From Candidatus Scatosoma sp. (GTDB taxonomy: Bacteria; Bacillota; Clostridia; Christensenellales; Borkfalkiaceae): a DNA stretch of 64,000 bases. Shown piece by piece: positions 26,154 through 33,856 of this stretch (the first letter of the stretch is position 1; the number at the start of each line of letters is the position of its first letter). The position numbers and the translations under genes are program-made. A model generated the notes under the pieces. That model searched no databases. It was not told where the DNA came from and saw only the letters and a program-made list of their open reading frames with translations. Location: the NCBI GenBank assembly GCA_045539975.1, contig JAZQGK010000130.1, forward strand, positions 1,919-65,918. The letters run 5' to 3'.

Positions 26154-26524
26154 TCGTCTTCCCCCTTATAGTAAAGCATTCTCGAAAGCCCGATCCTGCG
26201 GATATCCATTGCCGTATAAATCAATTTCCACAGCCTTGCCGATACCACATCTCGATCCGACAAATCCTTCATCGTCAGGTGCGTTGTACCCAGCCCCAAA
26301 TCCTTTGCGCAGCAGAATAATGCATACCCTTCTTCCGTGCATTTGCCTACCCTTACGCGATGTATAGGAATTTTATTGTCTATCATATAAATTCGGCATT
26401 TGTCCCACAGCTTTCTCTCTGCCGTCAAAAGATAGACGATGCACATCTGCACGTTGTCTTTCTTATCCATCTTTTTAGTTGCGCTCTTGAAAAGCGCCTT
26501 GTGCTTGTCGTTCTTAAAATACAT
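26150..26524 (-). CDS. Hypothetical protein (124 aa; DUF6075-like, from memory)
   Basis: ORF with a 4-nt overlap to the next gene. No catalytic motif recognised. Confidence 0.5.
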   Translation of the reverse strand: MYFKNDKHKALFKSATKKMDKKDNVQMCIVYLLTAERKLWDKCRIYMIDNKIPIHRVRVGKCTEEGYALFCCAKDLGLGTTHLTMKDLSDRDVVSARLWKLIYTAMDIRRIGLSRMLYYKGEDE

Positions 26525-26558
26525 TTTTTCCTTGTACCCTCCTGTAATTTTTAGAAAT

Positions 26559-26591
26559 AAAAAAAGCCGACTGTTTCGTCAACAATCGGCT
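26559..26591 (-). terminator. Strong intrinsic terminator inside the ICE operon
   Basis: The minus-strand RNA forms AGCCGAUUGUU-GACGA-AACAGUCGGCU (11 bp, one U-G pair) followed by UUUUUUAUUU. Only about 33 nt separate it from the next start codon. Confidence 0.75.
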
Positions 26592-26667
26592 CAATTTCTT
26601 GTTTTGAGTATTTCCCCGCCCCGCACGCATTCGCGCGAAATTCGGGCTGTTTTGGGCTTAGTTTTCG

Positions 26668-27114
26668 CTACTGTGCGATTATAGGTTGAGGCGGTTCTGC
26701 ATCTTCCGTGAATTCAGGGAAAACTGATTCTTCTTTCTCTTCCAACCTTATCTCGCTTCCGTCAGTTGTTTTAAAGTCAAGCCCCATTTCTTTTATCACA
26801 TGCACCATCTCTTTTGCCACGCCCATATCCTTAGATAAATCGGTAAGCGTTCGCACCACAAAGCATTCAGCTCCTTTTGCAATCGGTTTCATTTCCGATA
26901 ATAGCAACAATACCTTCCACGATGTCATATCGTTAAATTTTTCATCGTTCATATCTATCACTACGTTACCCATGCGAACATCATACTCGTAGCCATTTCT
27001 CTCAAGGAATTGTTGCACCTCGGACATCTTTTGCGCGCACTCGGCTTTTGATGCCCAAAGCCCAACCCGCATAAACATATATGCTTTTTTCTTTTGATTC
27101 TTCCGCCTTTTCAC
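26668..27114 (-). CDS. Resolvase-catalytic-domain-like protein lacking the serine nucleophile
   Basis: 148 aa. FMRVGL aligns to the YARVST box (Ser replaced by Gly) and LTDLSKD to LDRLGRD. No HTH or large recombinase domain. Confidence 0.45.
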   Translation of the reverse strand: MKRRKNQKKKAYMFMRVGLWASKAECAQKMSEVQQFLERNGYEYDVRMGNVVIDMNDEKFNDMTSWKVLLLLSEMKPIAKGAECFVVRTLTDLSKDMGVAKEMVHVIKEMGLDFKTTDGSEIRLEEKEESVFPEFTEDAEPPQPIIAQ

Positions 27115-27126
27115 AGTACTGCCCCT

Positions 27127-27612
27127 TTATTGCAATTTTCCATCAATTTTAATAAGGCAGTCCGTGAGTGTTGTAAAATGTCTATCTATCTCTACCATCG
27201 CCTTTATAAAATCTTTCCATGTTATGCTACCCTGCTCTTCCGCATAGGTCGCACAGTCAATCTTATCTTCGAGAATGTAGACTTTTACGCCGATTTCCTT
27301 TAAAGCATACACTGCATCCGCTTTTGCAGATAAGCTCAGCCCTAATGTTTCTTGCGCGGGTACGATAAGATATTTACAGCCCTGTTCGAGCAGCATACCT
27401 TTTATTTCTTCAAGCGCACGTCTTTCGATTAGATTGTCAAGAATGTCATCGTCTTTGTATGCATCCGTAAGCTCAAATCTTCCGTCTTTTTCAATCTGTT
27501 CTTGATATCCTTTAAAGAACATATCGAATTCTTCGGTCGACTCCATACCTTGACACGCATAAAGAATTGCTTTTACCCTCGTGGTGTCCTGTTGTGTTAC
27601 TTGTTCTGTCAT
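27127..27612 (-). CDS. Resolvase-catalytic-domain-like protein lacking the serine nucleophile (second copy)
   Basis: 161 aa. ILYACQGM aligns to the iYaRvSt box. RRALEEIKGMLLEQGCKYLIVPAQETLG...ALKEIGVKVYILED follows the resolvase fold pattern. Confidence 0.45.
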   Translation of the reverse strand: MTEQVTQQDTTRVKAILYACQGMESTEEFDMFFKGYQEQIEKDGRFELTDAYKDDDILDNLIERRALEEIKGMLLEQGCKYLIVPAQETLGLSLSAKADAVYALKEIGVKVYILEDKIDCATYAEEQGSITWKDFIKAMVEIDRHFTTLTDCLIKIDGKLQ

Positions 27613-27732
27613 ATTGATACCTCCTATTGGGCTTTCGCCCTATATTTTTGTACCGCAAACAATACCACAGAATTTTTCGAATATCCAGCAAAAAACGCCT
27701 CTTTTTTGAATATTTTTCAAAGAAATTTTTTA

Positions 27733-28392
27733 CTATTCTTGAACCATGCCGTCGCTCGGTTCAAAATGCGTATTCATTACTGAAAAATCCTTTTCGGGAT
27801 ACCCATGTACGAGTCTTTCCATAATTCCATCCATTTCTTGGTCCTGCTCGTAAGTGATATGTCCGCACTCATCCCGCGCATAATTTACGCTCTTGAATAT
27901 GAGTTCTGCTTGGTCTGCTGTAAATACCTTATTCCCATCCACAAGCTTTGCGCGAATGGCAAAATCTTCTTTCGCTTTTGTAAAGCTATCCGTATAATGC
28001 CCATACGCTAAATACGCTCCCCCCTCGGTCTGCCACCACGTTGCAAACTGAAAACCGCGATTCTTATTATACGCGCCTGCAAGCACCGTATCTCCGTATT
28101 CCAAAAACTTATGATAATTAGATACGGATTCCACCTTCATCGGCAAACCATTTTCGTATAGCCGCGCACATTCTTTTATCTCAGAGGCTTCTTCAAAAAT
28201 CTTTTGTGTAAACTGGCTATAATTCGACTCGTTGATAATCTTGCTATCATATACCAATTCGCCGTTCTTCCCTTGGTCGCAAAGGAATACGCCGTTATGA
28301 TAAATTTTCAGCATTTCGCTTTCTTCATCATATACTGCGCCGTAACCTTGTTCCTTTAACCTTCGTTTGAGTTCTTCTTGATAAATCGTCAT
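27733..28392 (-). CDS. Hypothetical protein (219 aa)
   Basis: ORF in the operon. No motif recognised. Confidence 0.55.
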   Translation of the reverse strand: MTIYQEELKRRLKEQGYGAVYDEESEMLKIYHNGVFLCDQGKNGELVYDSKIINESNYSQFTQKIFEEASEIKECARLYENGLPMKVESVSNYHKFLEYGDTVLAGAYNKNRGFQFATWWQTEGGAYLAYGHYTDSFTKAKEDFAIRAKLVDGNKVFTADQAELIFKSVNYARDECGHITYEQDQEMDGIMERLVHGYPEKDFSVMNTHFEPSDGMVQE

Positions 28393-28403
28393 TCTTTTCC
28401 CTC

Positions 28404-29141
28404 CTATATCGTTTGCGTCATTCCTTGACTCATTGTTTCAGTTTCCGTGATGTCCATTAAGCCCTTCGGATCGATAATCACTTCTGATTCGCGTCGTTCG
28501 CCAAAATAGGCATATACATCTTTCTTATGGATTTGCGCTTCGTATACCGTTCCGTTTTCATCAAATCGATGCGCAAACCATTCCGCAGTCTTTTCATCCA
28601 ACGTCCACGACAGCGCTTTTATATTCTTTGCGTTATGGGACGTCACCCCCCGATAAACCGTAAGCGTATCATCCAAGCTTTCCCATCGCTTATAATCTTC
28701 TTCCGTCATAAGCGCTTTTTTATCTGCTTGCTTGAACATTAAAAGCAGTTCTTTTTTGCTCACGTTCGCATCGCCGTTGGGATTTTCCGAACGCACCCAC
28801 GCATCCCCAAGTATGTTTGAAAAGTCTTCTTTAGACAAATACGGCTCGGCGTATTTCAAATACGTCAAGCCGTAGGGTTTATTCGTCATCATATAAATTT
28901 CGTATGCGCTTTTTGCATTCTTAATCCATTCTTTCATCCATTCTTGCCATCGCTTTAAATTTTCTTCACTTTCGGTAATGTCAATTATTTGTAATACACC
29001 ATCTTTCTTTGCTGTGGCAATCCCACTTGATGTAAATGGATGCTGCACCACCACTGGCGAATACGGTGTTTTATGAACAGGCGTTAAAAGCAACATTCTT
29101 GCTATTGATTTTACTTTCTCTAAATCTGTTTTTTCTCTCAT
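28404..29141 (-). CDS. Hypothetical protein with a possible R-S-E ADP-ribosyltransferase-like C-terminal domain
   Basis: C-terminal TVYRGV (R), LSWTLD (S-x-T) and RRESEVII (E-x-E) occur in the order expected for ART toxins. Start set at the second ATG after AAGGAG; the ORF-track start at 29198 is a GTG without an RBS. Confidence 0.4.
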   Translation of the reverse strand: MREKTDLEKVKSIARMLLLTPVHKTPYSPVVVQHPFTSSGIATAKKDGVLQIIDITESEENLKRWQEWMKEWIKNAKSAYEIYMMTNKPYGLTYLKYAEPYLSKEDFSNILGDAWVRSENPNGDANVSKKELLLMFKQADKKALMTEEDYKRWESLDDTLTVYRGVTSHNAKNIKALSWTLDEKTAEWFAHRFDENGTVYEAQIHKKDVYAYFGERRESEVIIDPKGLMDITETETMSQGMTQTI

Positions 29142-29225
29142 CATTTCTCCTTCTAATTTTGGGCATAAAAAAAGCGCAAAGAATTTTCCATTCTTCACGC
29201 ATTTTTTATTAAATTTTATCGGCTG

Positions 29226-29252
29226 TTGGGTTCAAGTCCTGTCAGAACCCCA
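29226..29252 (+). other. tRNA 3'-end-like fragment (candidate att site at the right end of the ICE)
   Basis: GGGTTCAAGTCCTGTCAGAACCC contains a T-loop consensus (GTTCAAGTCC) followed by an acceptor-like strand, but no 5' half of a tRNA is present. Confidence 0.45.
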
Positions 29253-29305
29253 AAATTGCCATTTTACAGCAGTATTTTTGTAAAAAAATATCACGCTTTT
29301 CGACA

Positions 29306-29335
29306 TGCAAAAACCCCTGGATTTTCCAGGGGTTT
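29306..29335 (-). terminator. Intrinsic terminator downstream of tRNA-Leu
   Basis: Perfect 10-bp inverted repeat AAACCCCTGG-ATTTT-CCAGGGGTTT with a U-run on the minus-strand transcript. Confidence 0.8.
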
Positions 29336-29367
29336 CGCACGATTACAGCAGAATCGTTCTCTTTATG

Positions 29368-29452
29368 TGGTGCGGATGAAGGGATTTGAACCCATACGGA
29401 GTTACCCACAGGAACCTGAAACCTGCGCGTCTGCCAGTTTCGCCACATCCGC
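29368..29452 (-). tRNA. tRNA-Leu (anticodon CAG)
   Basis: 85 nt, folded by hand. Acceptor GCGGATG/CATCCGC, anticodon loop TTCAGGT, long variable arm, T-loop GGTTCAAATCC, encoded CCA. One T-T mismatch at the base of the anticodon stem. Confidence 0.9.
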
Positions 29453-29510
29453 TTATCGTTCTTTTGTTGCTCGGTGAGAACTTTAACACCGCGGCAGAAT
29501 TCTCTGCTTT

Positions 29511-30218
29511 TTATAAACACGGCTCTATTGCCGTTTTTATCAACGTTCCGTCCTTTCGTTCTATCTTCCAACCCGCGCCGCCGCTTGTCACGCTTCCGAC
29601 AATTTGTCCGTCCTCTATCACCAACGCCGCATCGTCTTCTATCCCAAAAGCACAGTCGTAATTATAACACACTATTTTATCAAAGTCAAGCATTCTCGAC
29701 CCATAATGCGGAGAAATTACCCCCTCTATCCAATTTAAACCTTTAAACATACTGTACTTTTCATCGGTTTCCCCGTTCACCAAAGCCGAGTCCGTATAAA
29801 TATCCGAAAACCAACAAATCGCCCCTGCGGATAACCCAGCGATGATAACTCCCCTCTCGTACGCGTCTTTTATCAATCCCAAAAGCCCCGTTTGTTTCCA
29901 GCTTTCCATCATAAAAACCGTGTCGCCGCCGCCTACGTATATCACGTCCGCTTTTTCAAATTTGGCTTTCATCTTCTCCAAATCCACTTCTTTAAACACG
30001 CTAAGCGCGACGTCCGTTTTGATATTGAAAACGCCCGTGTAAACCTTATGAAAAGTATTGTAATACGGCATAAAATCATGGCTGGCAGTAGGGATAAACA
30101 AAGCGTTTGCCCTGTTTTCCCCTGCTCGTACTTTCGCTAAATTCGCGATATATTCGTCTATTTTAAGAGTCGTTCTCTCGCGCAGTTCCCCACCGCCGAT
30201 TGCTATGATTTTTTTCAT
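29511..30218 (-). CDS. Peptidase S51 family (dipeptidase E / cyanophycinase-like)
   Basis: 235 aa. Contains VIYVGGGDT and the nucleophile elbow GLSAGAICW. Confidence 0.8.
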   Translation of the reverse strand: MKKIIAIGGGELRERTTLKIDEYIANLAKVRAGENRANALFIPTASHDFMPYYNTFHKVYTGVFNIKTDVALSVFKEVDLEKMKAKFEKADVIYVGGGDTVFMMESWKQTGLLGLIKDAYERGVIIAGLSAGAICWFSDIYTDSALVNGETDEKYSMFKGLNWIEGVISPHYGSRMLDFDKIVCYNYDCAFGIEDDAALVIEDGQIVGSVTSGGAGWKIERKDGTLIKTAIEPCL

Positions 30219-30229
30219 GATTTTTCCTA

Positions 30230-30700
30230 TTATTTGCTTGTTATCAAGCCGTTTATTCTTTCGATAATGTCGCCCAACGTATCAATAGAACGCTTGACGA
30301 GTGCTTCAAATTCTTCTTCCGTGATATATCCGTTGCCCGATTCTTTGACAAGCTCGGTCGATAATGCGTCCAACGTATTGGCTATCCCTTCGCAAACGAT
30401 GTCTTTTTTGCTGTCGGCGATTTGGAAAGCGTACCAAAACGCATTGGCTACAAACTTGTTCAAATACAGCAAACGGCTGCCTGCTAAAACTTTTACGTTC
30501 CCCTTGTCCGACAAAATCTGTTCGGCTACGACTTTGGCTTTTACACAGCTCTTTCTAATCGTTTCCAAACGCATTTCGCTCTTGGTTTTTCCTTTCATCA
30601 GCACCATAATAATAAGCACGAGAAGAATGACCAACGCGCAACCGCCGTAATACAGACAATTTTTCGCTACGTTAGCGCTTACAAGTAATGCGTTCATCAT
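30230..30700 (-). CDS. Hypothetical membrane-anchored protein
   Basis: Start set at MMNALLV (ATG 30700, AGGAGG 9 nt upstream, directly after the mscS stop). One TM helix, then a helical domain. Confidence 0.6.
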   Translation of the reverse strand: MMNALLVSANVAKNCLYYGGCALVILLVLIIMVLMKGKTKSEMRLETIRKSCVKAKVVAEQILSDKGNVKVLAGSRLLYLNKFVANAFWYAFQIADSKKDIVCEGIANTLDALSTELVKESGNGYITEEEFEALVKRSIDTLGDIIERINGLITSK

Positions 30701-30701
30701 A

Positions 30702-31535
30702 TTATTTGTCCTCCTTCGCGTTGATGACACGTACATCATACGTGGTGTAAGGAACTTCGATACCGTTTTCCGCAAACAGAACCAGTACCTGTTCTAAATA
30801 GTCCAAACGAATATTCCAATACTCCGAAGCTTTGCCCCATACGCGCAAGGTAATATTCAGCGAACTGTCGCCGTATTCCGTCAAACGACAGAACGGAGCG
30901 GGATTTTTTTCCACTCTTTCGTCCTTTGCTACGTGGTCCAAGAGCAATTTTTTCACCTTTTCCACGTCCGTACCGTATGCCACAGGGAACACCAAATCCA
31001 CACGGCGCAAAGGCATTTTGCTGTAATTGATAATGGTAGAACCAAACACGGTGTTGTTGGGAATGACAACCGTCAAATTATCCACCGTAACCAACTTCAC
31101 GCAAAAGAGCTTTACCTCTTTTACCGTACCGCACGTACCGCCGATATCCACGAAATCCCCTGCGCTGAAAGGTTTGGTGAAAATCAACAAAATCCCGTTT
31201 GCCAAGCTTGCCAACGTGTTCTGCAAACCCAAGGCAACGGCGAGCATAACCGACGACAAAGCCGCAATGATACCGCTGGTAGAAAACCCGAGCGCACCGA
31301 TCATGACAATCAGCAAAACAACGTACGCCACAAGCACGATAATCGACGTGATAAAGGACGCCGCCGCATTGTCCACGTTGCGGCTCTTTGTCGAAGATCT
31401 CTTTACCGATTTTTTGATGATAGCGATTACCAACAACCCCACCACGAACACGACAAGCGCCATAATCAGCACTTTGCCGTAACCGTTGATGAAGCTCTTG
31501 CCCGCTTCTACAATTTGGTTTAAAAATTCTTGCAT
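30702..31535 (-). CDS. mscS: Small-conductance mechanosensitive channel (MscS family)
   Basis: 277 aa. Three TM helices, then FTKPFSAGDFVDIGGTCGTVKEVKLFCVKL...VIPNNTVF. Confidence 0.9.
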   Translation of the reverse strand: MQEFLNQIVEAGKSFINGYGKVLIMALVVFVVGLLVIAIIKKSVKRSSTKSRNVDNAAASFITSIIVLVAYVVLLIVMIGALGFSTSGIIAALSSVMLAVALGLQNTLASLANGILLIFTKPFSAGDFVDIGGTCGTVKEVKLFCVKLVTVDNLTVVIPNNTVFGSTIINYSKMPLRRVDLVFPVAYGTDVEKVKKLLLDHVAKDERVEKNPAPFCRLTEYGDSSLNITLRVWGKASEYWNIRLDYLEQVLVLFAENGIEVPYTTYDVRVINAKEDK

Positions 31536-31574
31536 TTTGTATCCTCCTCGCGTAAGGTTTTTCGCCTTAACGCA

Positions 31575-32027
31575 TTATTTACAGTATTTTTCTTCAATCG
31601 CTTTAATCTTTGCGATACGCCTATCGTGCCGCTCTCCGCCCTCATATTCGCAGGTCAAAAACGCGTTCACAATCTCTTCCATCAAGCCCTCGCCAACGAC
31701 TTTTTCGCCAAAAGCGATCATGTTTGCGTCGTTGTGATAGCGCGTGTATTTCGCACAGTATACGTCATGACAATGCGCGCAGCGAATCCCCGGCACTTTG
31801 TTTGCCACAATGGAAACGCCTATCCCCGACGAACAGACGACAATGCCCCGTTCGCATTCTCCGCAAGCGACCGACTCCGCCGCCAACAAGGCAAAATCCG
31901 GATAATCGCAGGACTCGGCTGTCTTTGTGCCGAAATCCACAACTTCATGCCCGTTCTTTTGTAAATATGCCACCAAAGCATTCTTTAAGCGCAATCCGCC
32001 ATGATCGCACGCAACTGCAATTTTCAT
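31575..32027 (-). CDS. rpiB: Ribose-5-phosphate isomerase B
   Basis: 150 aa. MKIAVACDHGG...GIVVCSSGIGVSIVANK, the RpiB/LacAB signature. Confidence 0.95.
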   Translation of the reverse strand: MKIAVACDHGGLRLKNALVAYLQKNGHEVVDFGTKTAESCDYPDFALLAAESVACGECERGIVVCSSGIGVSIVANKVPGIRCAHCHDVYCAKYTRYHNDANMIAFGEKVVGEGLMEEIVNAFLTCEYEGGERHDRRIAKIKAIEEKYCK

Positions 32028-32062
32028 ATATTGTCTCCTTACTTACTCTATGACTTTTTCGT

Positions 32063-32776
32063 TTATTCCATGATACGCAACTGCACGTTGCCCGATTCTT
32101 CCGCCGAGGAAGACGCCGCGGTCTTTTTTGGTCTGCCGCGTTTTTTGGGTTCGCCCGTCGGTTCGGGTATGGGATTTTTTCTCGGCCTGCCGCGTTTTTT
32201 GGGCGGTATCGGGTTTCCGTTTTCGTCCGTTTTAGGCGTTGCCGCTTTGGGAGCGCGGGGCTTGGGTTTTGCCGAAAGCTCTTCCAAGCGCAGTTTCTCG
32301 ATAAGATGCGTCATACCCGCCGATAACAGCCCGAAAACGTAACGATAACATTCAATATCCCTGCCATACGGGTCCATGACCTCGTATCCGCTGATTTCCG
32401 CAAAAGAATACACGTTGTTGGGGATTTCTTCCTCTCCGATTCGATCCGCTTTCCGCAAAGCCTGCCAACGCATATCCATCAATCTGTCTTTTTGTTCTTC
32501 CGTCATGCAAACGATTGCAAACGCGTCGCGCAAATCCCTATCCTTAATCGGCGCGGAAGCAAACTCCGCAGCGGATAGCCCGTGTTCTTCCAAAACCTGC
32601 ACGGATTTGGGGTTCATGGGCGTGCCTTTTGTCGCCCGAAGCCCTGCCGAATACACGCAAAATCCTTTGATTTTCCGTTCCGCTATTTTGCTTTCGAGCA
32701 ACCTTTCCGCCATGGGAGAACGACAGGTATTCCCCGTACAAACAAATATGATTTTTTTGCCCGTTTTTCTTTTCAT
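32063..32776 (-). CDS. ywlE: Low-molecular-weight phosphatase (YwlE-type, probable protein-arginine phosphatase) with a C-terminal AT-hook tail
   Basis: The P-loop FVCTGNTCRSPMAE is identical to B. subtilis YwlE, and the sua5-ywlE-rpiB synteny is kept. An extra ~70 aa tail carries KKRGRPRKN and KKRGRPKKT. Confidence 0.85.
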   Translation of the reverse strand: MKRKTGKKIIFVCTGNTCRSPMAERLLESKIAERKIKGFCVYSAGLRATKGTPMNPKSVQVLEEHGLSAAEFASAPIKDRDLRDAFAIVCMTEEQKDRLMDMRWQALRKADRIGEEEIPNNVYSFAEISGYEVMDPYGRDIECYRYVFGLLSAGMTHLIEKLRLEELSAKPKPRAPKAATPKTDENGNPIPPKKRGRPRKNPIPEPTGEPKKRGRPKKTAASSSAEESGNVQLRIME

Positions 32777-32806
32777 CGCGTACCTGCCCCCTCCTTTTTG
32801 CTTTTT

Positions 32807-33826
32807 TTAATGCGCTACGTCCACCGAAACGCAAGCTTTGCGCAACCGGTTTAATACCCCTGCCATCACCCCGTCCGTCTTACGAGGTTCTACGGCGATA
32901 AGTACGTCGCATACTTTTTCCGCCTCTCTTAAAAGCGTGTATAATCTGTTTGCCATTTCTTCTTCCGTGTTCCCAAGATTGAGTATTTGTACACCCAAGC
33001 AGCAAAACGTATCCACCAAGCCGCTCTCGCAAAGCACGGCTACTTTTTTACCTGCCGATTGCTCGTTTTGGCACGCGATATACGCTTTTTCGCAGTCCGT
33101 GTACGCAAACAACGCCGTTTGGCAACGCGGTGAATAATGTTTGTACAAAACACCGGGGCTTTTGACCTTTTCCCCAGCGGAGAAATTCGGTGTGTATTCT
33201 TGACAATCCCCAACCACAGCGGCTATCATTTCGCGCGTAATCAGTCCCGGACGCAAAATGACGGGTATATCGCCCGTAACGTCGCAAACGGTACTTTCGA
33301 TGCCGCCCACGCACTCGCCCCCGTCCAAAATTAAAGGGATTTTCCCAACAAAGTCCTCGTAAACGTGCTGCGCGGAAGTGGGAGAAACGTGTTTGGATAT
33401 GTTGGCACTGGGCGCGACAATCGGGACGTCCACCGCGCGGAGCAAAGCTTGCGCGCCGTCATGCGAAGGCACACGCACCGCCAGGGTATCCAAACCACAG
33501 GAAACGTGTTTGCTTACCTTGCCCGTCGAGGGATATACCAACGTCAACGGCCCGGGCAAAAACGCTTCGCGCAGTTTTTTTGCGTAAGGGGGATCGCGGT
33601 CGATAATTTTGGATAAATCGTAGCCGGTATGCACGTGCGCAATCAAGGGATTGTCGTTGGGTCTGCCTTTGACCTCGAAAATGCGCTTTACCGCCCCGTC
33701 ATCAAAGGCGTTTCCGCCAAGCCCGTACACCGTTTCCGTCGGTATCGCCACCACACCGCCGTCGAATATTAAATTTTTCGCCTCTTCGATGGATTGCGGC
33801 GTAATACCTTTGATTTCCGTCTTCAT
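32807..33826 (-). CDS. sua5: L-threonylcarbamoyladenylate synthase (Sua5/YwlC type)
   Basis: 339 aa. YrdC-domain motifs IPTETVYGLGGNAFD and KGRPNDNPLIAHV plus a Sua5 C-terminal domain. Confidence 0.95.
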   Translation of the reverse strand: MKTEIKGITPQSIEEAKNLIFDGGVVAIPTETVYGLGGNAFDDGAVKRIFEVKGRPNDNPLIAHVHTGYDLSKIIDRDPPYAKKLREAFLPGPLTLVYPSTGKVSKHVSCGLDTLAVRVPSHDGAQALLRAVDVPIVAPSANISKHVSPTSAQHVYEDFVGKIPLILDGGECVGGIESTVCDVTGDIPVILRPGLITREMIAAVVGDCQEYTPNFSAGEKVKSPGVLYKHYSPRCQTALFAYTDCEKAYIACQNEQSAGKKVAVLCESGLVDTFCCLGVQILNLGNTEEEMANRLYTLLREAEKVCDVLIAVEPRKTDGVMAGVLNRLRKACVSVDVAH

Positions 33827-33856
33827 CTTACTGCTATACCCTAACCTGCCTTTTTC

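Larger units (their letters stand above)
1..29252 (-). mobile_element. Integrative conjugative element, partial (continues left of the window)
   Basis: Uninterrupted minus-strand block with relaxase, RHH, Toprim, VirB4, VirB3/PrgI-like, VirB6-like and pilin-like proteins, four methyltransferase-like genes and ICE-type accessory ORFs. It stops at a tRNA 3'-end-like fragment (29226-29252) just before tRNA-Leu and housekeeping genes. Confidence 0.8.

Noticed and set aside
26630-26639. 10-bp perfect palindrome TTCGCGCGAA in the ICE intergenic region.
   Set aside because: It is a single short palindrome without repeats or an adjacent regulator, which is too little evidence for an operator call.
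29368-29452. tRNA-Leu(CAG) as the integration target of the ICE.
   Set aside because: Its 3' end (…GGGTTCAAATCCCTTCATCCGCACCA) does not match the fragment at 29226-29252. It is also separated from the element by its own terminator, so it is probably just a neighbour.
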